A stretch of 62,732 nucleotides of DNA, filler included, from Rhabdomonas costata (GCA_019059605.1; 17 parts of 17 records of this genome joined end to end with filler, not necessarily neighbours in it); one strand, 5' to 3'. Positions 13,171-26,052 are shown, counted from the whole stretch's first letter. Notes: generated from the letters alone by a model not told the origin. Made by a program: numbers and translations.

Positions 13171-13464
13171 TTAGTACGCGTAGGCACCGAACCAAATTAT
13201 CGCCAGGATCGGGAAGATGTACCAGAACACGTACCACAGCATCAGGCCGAAAAAGCTGCCCACTTCGACCAGGGTTGGCAGAGGCGGGGCTCGAGACGGA
13301 GCAATTGGGATCAGCCCGACCTCCCCCTTGGGGGCGCGGATGGGCCAGGTCTCGGCCGCCAGGAGCACGGGGGAACGGGTTGCGAATCGGGCAACACCAC
13401 GCGGACGTGGGGGAGCCACCCGCAGAAGAGCGGCTAGGGCACGGCCTTTCCCGAGGGAGGACAT
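13171..13464 (-). CDS. Small (97 aa) putative mitochondrial membrane protein
   Basis: Arg/Ala/Leu-rich, acid-free N-terminus (MSSLGKGRALAALLRVAPPRPRGVARFATR) and aromatic hydrophobic C-terminus (FFGLMLWYVFWYIFPILAIIWFGAY). Upstream polypyrimidine tract and gccATG context. Confidence 0.6.
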   Translation of the reverse strand: MSSLGKGRALAALLRVAPPRPRGVARFATRSPVLLAAETWPIRAPKGEVGLIPIAPSRAPPLPTLVEVGSFFGLMLWYVFWYIFPILAIIWFGAYAY

Positions 13465-15381
13465 GGCTGTGGCTTTGCTGTGTTGGTCCCACAATCACCA
13501 CCCTCCACCAAGGCAAAGGATCGGAAACGAGAGAGACAGAGAAGAGACGGACGACAAGTAGGAAAAGCTGCTCAGAAAAGGGTGCTGGAGAATAAACGCG
13601 ATGGTTTCATGAGTATTTCTCACGAAGTCAGGCCGCCCACCAAAATCAGCCTACTGCCCCTGCATTCTGAAGCTTTTATCCGCACCACAACGGTGCTTAT
13701 GTATTCCACAACCACCCCGCCCACTTCTTTGTCGCTTCCCGTATTGCCCCCTTCTTATGACGCGCTCCGGTCAACCATGGGTATCCTCATTTTTATGGCG
13801 CGTTTCATCTCAAAACAGTCCCACGCAAACACGAAACAGCGGAAGCTGTAAGGAAAGATGCACATCAAAATGAATAGTTTCCTTCAATTGCCTCAAAGCA
13901 ACCACTACTGTTGGCATTTGACTAATTCTCTCAGAAACAGGCGTTTTTCTGGTAAATAAAACGGCACCCCATTTACCCAAATTCATAAAAAACGGTAACT
14001 GGCACATTTCATTCAGACCTCTGTAAGTTCAAATTATCTCTGTTTTTTGGGAACGTGTTCCAACTTCTCAGGTGTGAGGTGAACCCGACCGTATTGCTTG
14101 ACTTTGGTGGACAAGCATCCCAGCTACCGAGTGCAAGCAGTGGTGTATACATTCTGTGGCACATTGCTCAAGAGGCTGTAACTAACGGGTCACAGGCTCG
14201 ATCACGGAACTCACGAAAAAGGAACTCAAACGTCCGATCCATACCTGCTCACCTGTCACCAAACAGCAGAATGAAGAGCCAACAGGTACCGGCGAGGAAA
14301 GCAAAAGGAAAGGAAGAGGGCATGGGGATGAAGCCCTCATTCCCACACCCCATGCCCCAGCCCGACAACAACAGGGCGTACATGGAGCAGGATTGCACAA
14401 ATGCTTGACCATCGCAGGCATCGTAAGACCCGTTTTTGGGGCTCGTGGACACCAAAGGAGACCAACCCCCCATGAATCCCTGTCTTGAAATCTGTCCTTC
14501 CAGCTTCCGACTGACCCGATACTCCACACAAACCACTTTATTTTGAAGACACCCACATGCTACTCTCTTTTGTTCAAAAGGAAAGGCAATAACTACTGCC
14601 TGATCTTAACAACGGAGACAAGGGCATAATACTTTACAATGTACCCTTGCATTGAGCCCTGGGTTGTCGAAAAACCAAACCCCNNNNNNNNNNNNNNNNN
14701 NNNNNNNNNNNNNNNNNNNNNNNNNNNTTAATTAATTAANNNNNNNNNNNNNNNNNNNNNNNNNNNNNNNNNNNNNNNNNNNNGTTTTTTTGTGCCTTCG
14801 AGAGACCGCCATTTTATGGTCCACCATGGGTGAGTGCGCGATGCTGGCAATCCCATGTCATACAGGGCGGGATGACATACGTCTTTGCTTTAATATGAAT
14901 GGTGGCGGAAAAGTCATGAGAACTCATATGTCTCCCTTCCACCTCAATTCCACAGAAAGCCCCTGACAGTGACTCCACGTAACTTCCCATGTTGAAGCCT
15001 TTGCAACACCTCTCATTCACGGCGTGCGTCGATAGCGCTGGACCTTGGCTTTGGGAAATAATATGGGCCCACCCCACAACCTGCGAATAGGTTCTGAGAG
15101 GTTTTGGGATATCCAAAGGCGCAAACCTGCGCAGACCCCTGCAACCGCTCCTTTTTCATGCCAGTCGGACGAGTGTTCGAGCCGAGTGAGCCAAACACCG
15201 GAATTTGTCATTCGTGTGTACACTCTACACATACTCCTGCACCGCAAGCGAGACCTGAAGATGATCAACTTCCAGGGCTCCTGCGAAATGTGGGGATTGT
15301 TGGCGTGTGTGTGTGAATGTGTGTCATGGCTGGTTAGTTCGTTAGTTCGTTCGTGTGTGTGCGTGGTGGTGTTTTGCTGTG

Positions 15382-15410
15382 GTGTGTGTGTGTGTGTGTG
15401 TGTGTGTGTG
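15382..15410. repeat. (GT)n microsatellite
   Basis: About 14 GT units. Confidence 0.95.
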
Positions 15411-16079
15411 CACATAGGCAGTTTGGGTCCTTGAAGCTTCCCTCGGTGACGCTCTCCAACCTGGCTTACCGTCGCTGGAAGGTCTACCACGCTCAGTCCT
15501 TGGCAGCGGAGCAGGCCTTTTTCAGAGGCACTGCCCTTGAAGAGGCTGGCCTGCGCAGCATGGCTTCTCTTTCTGACTCCATGGAAACGTGAGGAAAAAT
15601 ATTTCCCAGTCTGAAGTTGGATGCGGCGGCTGAATGTTTTCGTGGGCCCTGGGCCCGAAAGCCTGAAAGCTGGGTCCATGTCCTCCCCGAGCTGTTTTCC
15701 CTGCGTCGGGGAGTGTGAGTCCCCATGCATCTTTAAGGCACTTTGAATGTCTGATTATGTTCGAAGTGGTTGAAATCCTGAGCTGGTGGATTTTTTCTGT
15801 GATGGCTCTTGTTATGAGAGCATATGCCCTGCGTTTCCAATTAGCACCTTAGGAAAGTTGACAGATGGTGGGTATCCTGGATAAATGTTTGGGGATGCCT
15901 GTCTGGACGGTTTGAACCTCTGGACAATTGGCATTGATGCACGTGATAATGATGATAGATTTGACAAGAAGTTCTTTCTCCACGGCATTGCCATCAATTC
16001 ATGCTGTAGCTCTCCCAAAGGTCTGGAGACGTTCAGCTTCCATTGCACCGCGTTCTTTCTTTCCTTGCGAAGTGAGCAG

Positions 16080-17969
16080 CGTGTCTGAAAATGCCCCCAT
16101 CTTCTGATCTGGAGAACTTCTTTGAATGGCTGAGCATGAAATGTCCTGGGGTGAAGCATACCTGTGGGATCGAACACTGCGAGGGCTTCGGGAGGGCCGT
16201 GGTGGCTCGCCAGCCTGTCAAGGTTTTCGCCTTTTTCTGGGTCCCCTTATCTAAAAAAAATTGAGGAAAGGGTGTCCCTACTGCACAAAACTTCACGATA
16301 GTGGCACGACAAACCAATTTACAAAAAAAATAAAGACCCACTAATTTACAGGAGATGGCCATGAGAAGAGGTTTGACAGGGGAAGGAGAGGGAAGGAGCC
16401 AAAACAGAAGGGGGATGAACGAGAGAGAGAGAAGGCGTGCGGAAAAAACACGGAGGGCGACAGGGAGGGAAAATTAATAATACAATAATACATGTAATAA
16501 GAAGAAGAAAAAGGAGCGCGGTTATGAAAAGAAAAAGTTCGGTCAAAGGTTGGAAAGGAAGGAAGTGATGCCACGGGATGGGTTTTGGATAAAGTTTGAA
16601 AATGGTTTTTCGCGTCTCACTGACTTTGTTTCAGGCTGGAGAGAAAGTGATATCGGTTCCGTACGATTTGTGCTTCACGGAGTGCAGCGTTTATCGTCAT
16701 CCGATTTTGGGTCCCCTGCTGAAGAGGTTCACCTCATTTCCGCGCTGAAACAGCGTTTTTCCGGAAGAGCAACCACAGACTTGTTTGTTGCGTTGCTTTC
16801 TGCAGTCTTCCTGGAGCTTCATCCGAGCAAGTGATGTGCACGCACATTCTGTATGAGTACAGTGATCCCGGGTCATTCTGGGCCCCCTACGTCAGATACG
16901 CCCTTTTGTGTTTTTTGTTTTTACCTTCGCTGGCTTCGTTGTTTCACTTTCTCCTTGACATAGCAAGCGTTTGATTCTGCTTTCTCACCTAGCCCCTGAC
17001 CAAAACCTATTATACCGATAAACACGACCAGTATGAATATCTAAAATACCAAGGCACACACTGGAAAGAACAGTCTGTGATATTCCGAGAAGTCTTTTTG
17101 CTCTTGATTCACTGGTCTGGATGGTGTCTTTGAGAAGAGGTGCAGCTTGCCACACAAAGATATTCCTTTAAATATGGGATGAGCGCACCTTGGGCTCGCA
17201 CCCCTCATTTTTTGTGGCTCTCTGTGTCCAGATGTCAAAAAGTATTAGCTAGGGCTGGGGGCCTGTTATACAATGTCACCCGTAAATCCAGGTTTTCGTG
17301 ATTATTCTTTTGCTGGGAGGGGGTTCTTTTCATCGGGACAGCACGCTGTTTCCTGGTACCTTTGATACTTTGGAGTATTTCAGCGAAGACGAGCTGCGAT
17401 TCCTCGGCTCTTCTTTGCGAAGAGGTGCGTGTTGCCATGTCCAGCTTCCGAATGTATTTTGTATTCTGGCGAAGGCGTACTTCTTCCCCTCCTGCATTTT
17501 TCTTCTTTTTCTTTGTCCCTGTTGCCGCAGGCAAGGTTGAGCGCAGAAAACTGAAGATTAAGCGCCACTTTGATGGAGTGCTTCCCCTCTACGAGGTTCT
17601 CTTTCTTTGGTGTAAGTTTGTGCATTGTATCAAATCTTTTGAATGAAGTTAACGTCAGTCCAGTCTGCCTTGCGGAAAAGAGGATAGGAGAGCTGTGGCG
17701 GTGTACCAGCCGATCGAAGTATTTCAATGTAAATTTAGTTATTGGCGCTGGGCATCAATACCTTAACGGGGGAGGGGGGAGGTCCCCAAAATATAGGGTA
17801 CACCTACTTGTGAAATGAAAAGCGCATAGACACAATGCAATTTACATTGAATCTCGCTGTGCTTTTCAGAGTCACCGGGATATCTTTCCCTCTGCCAAGT
17901 TCAACCTGGACACCTTCACCTGGGCTTACAATGTGCTGGACTCGCGGGCCTTCAACATAACTTCCCCAG
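16080..17969 (+). CDS. SET-domain lysine methyltransferase (Rubisco LSMT/SETD3/SETD6-like), partial. Exons ~16080-16222, 16636-16726, 16806-16895, 17342-17424, 17531-17595, 17870-17969; possible upstream exons 15190-15590
   Basis: Spliced: LENFFEWL...GFGRAVVARQPVK|AGEKVISVPYDLCFT...HILYEYSDPGSFWAPYV.TLFPGTFDTLEYFSEDELRFL...FNLDTFTWAYNVLDSRAF. These are the family's hallmark motifs. Confidence 0.88.
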
Positions 17970-18290
17970 GTTTGAGACCAAAGCGGACCCGCCCGGGAAC
18001 TGAGTGGTGGATTTTGCCCGCTCAGTGCCCGTTCCTATGCATCAGTTTTGGGGCGAGTCAGAAGGAGGTTATTGGCTCATATTTTCACTCATTCCAAATC
18101 ATTCTCCCACGCACATTAGCCGATTGAAACCCGTAAAAGAAAAAACCCCTAACTCCCCTCTGTCACGTTTTGTTAGGTATGGACGTGCAAACGGGTTCCC
18201 CTGGTTCCGAAAGCCCACGTGTCGGCGGTGTTTTGTTTGTCAGGCACTCCTTCAGCAGTGTACCTTTTTTTAAGGCTCCTTTCATTGCTC

Positions 18291-18469
18291 ATGTTGACAC
18301 TTTATGATGTCCTGGAGCTCTGCAGTGACGAAGCAAAGCTCCGAGAGTGGTTATGGGGTTATGGAGTTGTCCGAGAGCCGCCTTCCAAGTGCTCCAAATG
18401 TGGCTCTGAGCTGAAGGCCAGCGTGCACAGGGGCAAGGCTTGGCTGGTGTATACTGGCCAGAAGTGCCG
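18291..18469 (+). mobile_element. 5' fragment of a Merlin/IS1595 (ISXO2-like) transposase, zinc-ribbon N-terminus, truncated by the contig end
   Basis: MLTLYDVLELCSDEAKLREWLWGYGVVREPPSKCSKCGSELKASVHRGKAWLVYTGQKC matches the 'E....WL...G....P.CxxCG...W.C...C' pattern; the third Cys appears as Tyr. Confidence 0.55.
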
Positions 18470-18813
18470 NNNNNNNNNNNNNNNNNNNNNNNNNNNNNNN
18501 NNNNNNNNNNNNNTTAATTAATTAANNNNNNNNNNNNNNNNNNNNNNNNNNNNNNNNNNNNNNNNNNNNCTTTTCAGGATTAAGGGATGGGCTTGAAAAG
18601 CAACCCCTGGCGGTGTTTTCAGCTCAACGCCCCAAGTTGTAGCTAGTGGCAGAAGATGTTTACTGATTTGATTTTGCGAAGGCAAACTCTTGGCTGTAAA
18701 AGCGGACAATTCCAGATGTGCTCAAATTATGTCCCCTCATCCCGAGCGAACTGGGCTCCTTCCATTTGTGGCTGGCTGAGTGGGTTTTCGGATTTACCTG
18801 CCGACCCCCACCA

Positions 18814-21130
18814 GGTCGTGTCTGACCAACTTCGAGCCTCCCTGAAGACCAGCGCGGCCACCGCCATGGCGGACATGGTGCAGGCCGCGGAGCAGGCGGC
18901 GAACGTGACGCGGATCCATCTCATGTCCGACGGCACGGTGCAACGTGGCGGCGGCGTCAATTCCACCAACCTCACCGCTGTGCTGGCGCAGTACAGCACC
19001 ATGTTCAGCTTAGCACGAGGCTTCGACTGGGTGACCATGGCAAAAATCAACCGCTTCACTGGCCTAGACCACACCACGTATGCCTGCACAAGCTTTTGGC
19101 CCGGAGCCCGGTTTCCTGCCCGCTCTTCGTTGTGATCATGCAACGCCGCTTTTCAGCCTGTGCAAGATCCCACATGGTGAAAGCAAATTTGAGTTAATTA
19201 CCAGTAGTGACACCTGAGTCTAGAATGCAGAAAATAACAGTGGCTTTTGGTGGTTTTGGGGGATGAATGGGATGAAAGGGAAATTAGGCTCTTATTTTTA
19301 TGCCGATGGATGTCAAAGAGGTAAAAAAAGAATTACAGCTTCATTTCTCGTTGGATTAGCTGCTGTTGCTGCTGCTGCTGCTGCAATGGGAAGGTTGATT
19401 GAAAGCCGTTTTGGATGAGACATTTTTTCGCTCAAACCACCGACGCGGAACCCAGGCACTCTGTCTGCAAATGCGTCTCGATACGTAACCCTCCTTCCCT
19501 TAATCTCGAGACAAAGCGAACAAAGCCGCTCAAGATCTGGAAAACATCTCCAGAAGTCTCGTGCATCTCCGGCTAACCTTTGCAAGATTTGCAAGAAATT
19601 TGCTCATAACCCGTATTTGCAGCCTCCGCTAAGCTCCCATGTTTGTTTATATCTGTTCAAGGCCCATCGGTCAGACGGTAACCTCTGTTGTGGAGAGCTT
19701 ATTCACCTTCCGCATGAACGTCAATTACCTGACCCAGGCCACGGAGGAGGTGTACTACGGCATAGCCGCCGGCCTGAGCCCGGACTTCAGCAATAACCTG
19801 CTCTCCGTTAGCATGCTTGACCCGGACAAGGGCACGGCCTCAAACTTCCTCAACCTCACCATGACCGCCTCCCGCCTCAGCTTCCTCGTCACCGACGCCC
19901 CGGTCTGCTACTGGACCAACACCATTAGTTTTATGATTCTAACTGGGGTCCCGCTGGCCACAGTAACCTGCAGTGTCCGTGCCCCAGGGGGCCAAGTGGG
20001 CTGGGCCGTGGATCTCAGCATGAGCACCTACTCCCTCAGCACCTTTCTCAAGTCCCTTCTGCCGAACTCTGAGGACCGCCTGTTCGTGATCTTAAACACC
20101 GCGGAAGGGATCCTGCTCAGCGCTTCCCATGGGAAGTTCTTCAGCTACAGGTATTGCCTTCGCTGAGTCGGTGCCCAGATGCGCCCGCTGATCGGGGAAG
20201 CCTATAAAGTCTTCAGTTCTTGCTCTCATTGCTGTGGAAGAGCGTGGGCGTCGTTGTGGCTTTTGTTTCGGGATGTACACTCATTATGCGTGCCACGCAT
20301 CCAGTTCGATTTTGACGATCTTCGTTTGCTGGGATGGCTGCCATTGTTTATTGACCTGTGGGCGGGATTGTTTATCCCGTCATTCTAGCGCACTGCTATT
20401 CAGAAGCAAAAATGCCATGCGTTGATGCGCCGATATGTCCGCGAAGATGTTAACACCAACTATGCTGTTCAATTGCAGCATTTCAACTGAAATTCCACAG
20501 CGAACTTTCTTTTGGGAAGTATCGCGGGTAAGGGGAAAAACGACTCCTTGTATCTCGAAAACTCTCGCTTTTAAAGTGGCAGGCAATGTGGCCCGCTTCA
20601 AATTACAAGTGAGAAATTTGGACGTCCAATCAAGAAACATAAGAAACAACACCGTCACCAAGTCAACCGAGGAACTGATGTCCCATTTCAGTCTAATTTT
20701 CTTTTTCCTCTATTCGTTCGCCATTAAATCCGAAAAGGTCACTTGTTGAAAACAAATCTCACTTTACCATACAAGTATGAGTGGCTGGCTTCGGGGCACG
20801 AAGTGACCCCATCCGGATGCTACCTTTCTCAGACCCTTGCTCGGAGTAGCGAGCCCTTGGCAGTACTCATGAAGCCTCGGTGTTATGTGTGTATGGGGGG
20901 GGGGTCGCAGTGACATTGACCTGACGCAGTTCAACCCCTTTGCGAATCCTCCCCCAGTGGCCCTGTTTCACACCTACAACTTGCTGAACTCCACCGACTC
21001 CACGATCCTGCAGGCCGCGCGGTGGCTGGTCCGGCGGTTTGGCAGCTGGGACAGCTTCCCAGATTACACCGCCACCGTGCCGTTGAACGGCGAGGACTAC
21101 TGGCTGGCTAACGCCGTCGTTGTGTCTGAG
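18814..21130 (+). CDS. Extracellular Cache-like sensor region of a receptor-type protein, partial (exons 18814-19077, 19662-20150, 20911-21130)
   Basis: GC-rich exons with phase-compatible GT-AG joins; NxT/S sequons; GWAVDLSMSTYSLSTFLKSLL...RLFVILNTAEGILLSAS...STILQAARWL...LNGEDYWL, a Cache-like pattern. Confidence 0.65.
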
Positions 21131-21294
21131 GTGCGGCCTTTTTCTGTGGAAACCCGGAACGGGTGAGCTCCGTATTGCTCTGCAGGTTAGTGTGGACTGG
21201 GACGACAATAGTGTCTCGGGTGGTAGAGCCTTTCTGTTTTAGAACGTTAAATCGATTACCCCCCACACACAAAAAAAAGGGAAACTGAAATGAC

Positions 21295-22120
21295 CTCGTT
21301 CCCGCTGAGCGGCACTTGCAGAACAAACGCCGTCCCGTAGCGCGACAGCTGCTGGGTGGTGATGGAGGTCGAGCTCACGGAAGTGCCCCGCACAAGGGCC
21401 TGCACCTCAGCCACGTCCGCTGCCAGCGTAGCGTCGTTGGGGCTCACCACCGCAATCGGGGAGCCGTCATTACCCAACAATAGGAGCATCCCTGTGCTCT
21501 GCAGGTCCTTCTGAGCCGCCGTGAGCTCCTGCTTGAACACGGAGAACGCCGTGGCGGATACCGCGATGGCCTCCACCTGCCCGCTGGCGTTGTGCACAGG
21601 CATCGCAATCGAGAGCATGGGGGAGACGAACAGCATGGCGTTGTAGGGCGCCGTGTACGTCAGGCCCTGGAACTGAAACGCCTCCATCGCCTGGTACCAC
21701 GGCCGGTTCCAGGGCTGGAAGGGCACCTTGGACCTCAACTCCACAGGGTCGCCCAGAGAGTCCACTGACCAATACGTCAGGTTAGCGTCCGCCCCGAACG
21801 CAGAGCCAGGGCGGTAGAATATCTGCATCTCCCCAGAGGCCAGCTTGAGGGCCCCCATCAGCTCCCCTGTCGTGGGCAAGGAGACAAAGAAGGAGGAGAC
21901 GTCCTTCAGAGCCTTCACCAGCCCCAGGGAGTACCGCTGCACCGCCCCAGGGGTGAGGTTGTGCCCGCCGACTAGCGCGGCGCAGCTCCACTGCAGAGGG
22001 ACCCCGGCCATGCCCTGAAGGAGAGCGTACAACCGCCGGCTCAGGCTGTTGGTGACGTACAGGTGCAGGTGGGCGGAGATGTTGTCTACGGACTCCACGG
22101 CAGCGTTGCTGAACGTCACC
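21295..22120 (-). CDS. dCache_1-type extracellular sensor domain exon of a receptor protein, partial
   Basis: 826-nt exon bounded by cag| and |gt. FQPWNRPWYQAM..GLTYTAPY...LSIAMPVHNASGQVEAIAVS...GMLLLLGNDGSPIA is the classic dCache RPWY/PY/PV..G pattern. Confidence 0.8.
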
Positions 22121-25100
22121 CTGCGAAGCCGGTCGAGGTTTCTCTCATATGCACAAAACCCNNNNNNNNNNNNNNNNNNNNNNNNNNNNNNNNNNNNNNN
22201 NNNNNTTAATTAATTAANNNNNNNNNNNNNNNNNNNNNNNNNNNNNNNNNNNNNNNNNNNNTGTTGTAGAGATATGAAAATCTTTTCAGCGCTTGAGAAA
22301 GACTATTGTTCTCAGCGCCTTCGACGCCCACACCCTTTCGGTGAGAGGGTGGGCCAAAGCCCGGCCAATGAATGAGCAGCGCCGGGTCTGTAGGAAATGT
22401 CGGAATTAAAAACACGATTGAATGACGTCAAAATGTGAAAATTCATGATGGCCGAGTTTAAAATATGACAAGTGATGACTAGAGGGGAAGTGATGTCAAA
22501 GGTTCCGATGCTTGAGCATGGAATTGGAATTCAGCTACGAGACATTTTCCAGGTTTTCAGGCAGTTGGTCATTCTGATTGTACTTTATCCTTGCGGTGAT
22601 CTACCGGATGGGTCGGGCTTCACGTCATCCTTGATGGCGGGTGAGCGGGGTTTTCCTCTGGACGAAGACGTGGGCCGTGTAGCTGAAAAAGCACTTCACC
22701 GTTAAGCTGGTTGAACGGTGGTGCAAATATTGTGGTCTTAAAAGCACACACACATTGAAAAATGTAACAGCAACTAAACTATTGGAAATGTAAAAATCAT
22801 GGACGCACAGTGATCGCCTATTCCCATGTGTGGTACGAAATTGAGCACAAATCCATGTTCCACTACTACAAGGTATCTTCTCTTATAGTCAAAATTGTGG
22901 TGGGGCCAGCCTCTTATCCGGAGGCCGCAGGCTAATTCTGATGCAAGCATATCTAACATGGACTTGTCTGGCTTCCGCAGTAAATATTTTGACTCAGAGA
23001 CGACGAAATTGCGGACTTTGAAAAGAGAACTAGGGCCGATATTGGCATCGGCTCCACCACAAGCCGTCAGGAGAGCATTTAAATAGCCAGTGAAGCCAAA
23101 GCTAAATTTACGGATCCAGACATGGAGCATTCCTTTACTACTGAATGAAGAGGCTAGAGGTTGTGATGTTTGCGTTTCAAAGTATCAGACAGGCGGAAAG
23201 GGAGGTATATTAATGGACTATGTTCAGACAGAGAAGTTGTTGTGGAAGAAGTTATTACTTTGAATGGACTATTCTGGAGAAGAGACCACTGCTCCACAGA
23301 GCGTGGATATGAGGCTAAATCTAATGAATATTACAGGGTGTGTTTGTAATGTGGGGTACACTTGTGTGCCTCCGAATGACTTGTACGCTGCCAGAGCAGT
23401 GTGCCAGCGTCACAGACATCATATACAAGCTTAGACGGACAGGGCAACAACACAGAGGTACATACCAATGATGGTAAAGGAGAAGAGTTGCAGATGCAGA
23501 AAGTAGGTTTGATAATAGGTACATGAGAAAAATGAAAAAAGAGGCTGAGATGGTGAGGTTGTTTTTGAAAATACCAAGTGTTAGACAATCCATAGAGGAT
23601 TATGGTGATTGACATTGAGTTTGATCAGGCAGTTACGTGGATAGAATGCAGAGAAGCGGTGTTCACATGGAGTACTTTGAATTATCTGTGTGCGAGTTGG
23701 GACTCGCACCCGTTTTGCTGTGGGAAGAGCTTCGGTAACGCGAGGCAAAGGTGTACTTTGAGCATTTTGTTTCCATTGCAGAGTACAATGTGATTGAGAA
23801 GAAGCCGCGTTGTGCAGTGAGATTGACGAGAGAGTTGGCGTGAGCTTACATAGTTCCAGAGGGAGATAACGTTTACTATTACGTTTACTACTTACACCAC
23901 CTGATCAGAGCAAAAACATTACCTGTCAATACCCGAGTTTGATGACAATTCAAGAGTGATTATGGGGCAATCCCTAGCGAACCTCGGGGGAAGTTAAAAT
24001 AGGCACAGATAATTAAATGCAGGAGGGTGGAGCAGTGAAATATTGTACTTTTTTTAGCGGGAAAAGGACTGTATGATCAATGGTTTTTCGGGAAGTCTTC
24101 CCGCGGTATTCAGGGGTGACTATCAAACCCCCGGAAGCTGTGTGTGTGGTGGCTGTGGCCTGGTGGGCCGGTGGCTTGATCGGGCGGTAACCGGGGAAGG
24201 AATGGCGCGTGCTCTGCTCCAATGGTCACGAGATGAATTCGTAATGCGTAACCTGTTTACCACCAAAACATTCAACACAGGGTGCCCATCCACATGCCAC
24301 CAGGGTCTCGGGCATTTGTCGCGCGTGTTTTGTGAGATGGTTTGAGTCAGTGAGTGTTTTTGTGTTTGTGCGTGCGCTTTTTGCGTTCTATATCACCGGA
24401 GGGGGATAGAGAGAGAGCGACTTAAAACTAGCGAACACACAAAAACCACAACCACACACACACCTGCACATGCACGAGAAAAAATGCGTGCACGAACCCC
24501 ACCTTTAAAGAAGTCAAGTGTATTATTTGCACACTTTGTTGGCTGGTTGGGCCCCTTTGATCATGCATTAGTTTTTAGGCGCACCACTTTCCATCGCGCT
24601 TATTGTTTGTTCAGGGTTGTTGATCGGAATTCTGTATGCTGTTCTTTTTTGCTTGTGTTTTGCTGGGCCATTGCGTATAACCTTGCGCATTGCGTCGCTT
24701 TTTTGAGATCCGTCTGGATTAAAAATTTGAACAAACGCAGGACATAAGCGCAATGACGCCCCAGGGCAAATACCGAGAACCCCAAATAAGACAAACTGGG
24801 ATGAAAGGCGACAACGGCCCAATGGTGGCGCAAGCGCCACTGAAGGACAGGCTTTTGCCCGGGGAAACGCTTTTGGATTGAAAGGAGCTTGACCTCTATT
24901 TTTTTCCATAACGGCAACTTGAAAACCACCTGAAAGGTAAAGATGTTTGGGGGAGCGCGCCACAACCAGAACGTGCCGGATGATGCGGGTTGGCCAAATT
25001 CAATCCGAAAAAAATGCTTTGTGAACAATGCCAAAAAACAATGCCATCAAGGAGCAGAGGCGAACAGCAGAAGCGATGTTATTTCATCCCCGTCGGCAAC

Positions 25101-25222
25101 CAAGCGATTGCTCCTCCGTATCCCGGGGTTTGGTCTTGCGCAGATCAATTCAAGAGACAACATGGCGGTGGACAAAAGGGCGGTTATGCCTCAAAAGCCC
25201 ACGGAGATTTGTTCTTCCGCAG

Positions 25223-25372
25223 GATCCGCTTGCCGAGTTGAAGGGCGTTCTTCTCGGGATGGTTGTTGTGTTGTGCATCTGTGTCGTTGATCTGGGCGTG
25301 TGCTTGCTGGTCGTGTTGATCTGCGTGGCTTCGTTTGAGGCAGCGGCTGCGCAATACTCTGCGGTGTCGGTG
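25223..25372 (+). CDS. Possible exon encoding a hydrophobic/TM segment
   Basis: Follows ttcttccgcag; DPLAELKGVLLGMVVVLCICVVDLGVCLLVVLICVASF. No family recognised and strand not certain. Confidence 0.3.
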
Positions 25373-25962
25373 GTGGACCATGGCCTTCTTGCAAACCAGA
25401 AACACACGTTTATAAGTGTTCTTGTGTTAGGCCGTGGCTCTTGTGGCGTGCTTCCGTGTCAGCGATAATCTTGATGTGTCCGGTCACACATGCTGGGATA
25501 GGTATGGTGATAACAGCGATGCACAATGAGGCATTACTTTGAAGACGGTAAAAAATCGCAGGTATTCCAGGCCTAACTAGGCAATCGTGGTTTCTCTAGA
25601 AAGGGAGACTACTTTTCGGTTGGTTCTGAGCACCCTTGAACACACATATGATAAGTGGTCTGCCGTCTAGTGACTGTAAAAGAGCGGACCAAAGTCCAAA
25701 GTGCAATCACGTCGAAAGTTTTCGAGAGGATAACGGCCTCCAGTTCATCTCCGAAAGCGCAGCATTCCAGGACTCGTTGACATCTGCATAGTCCTTCTCA
25801 CTCAGTCGAAGTCGGGTCGAAAGGGTGGCCAACAAGAGCTCCTGAACCAAAAAAANNNNNNNNNNNNNNNNNNNNNNNNNNNNNNNNNNNNNNNNNNNNT
25901 TAATTAATTAANNNNNNNNNNNNNNNNNNNNNNNNNNNNNNNNNNNNNNNNNNNNGGGTTGT

Positions 25963-26052
25963 GGTTTTTTCCATATTGGTTCCTGCTTGTAGACGGCATA
26001 TGACGAAGGTCGGGAGTGCCGTCTACAAGCAGGAACCAATATGGAAAAAACC
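25963..26052. repeat. Perfect 36-bp inverted repeat with 18-nt loop at contig start
   Basis: ggttttttccatattggttcctgcttgtagacggca (25963-25998) pairs with 26017-26052. Confidence 0.95.
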
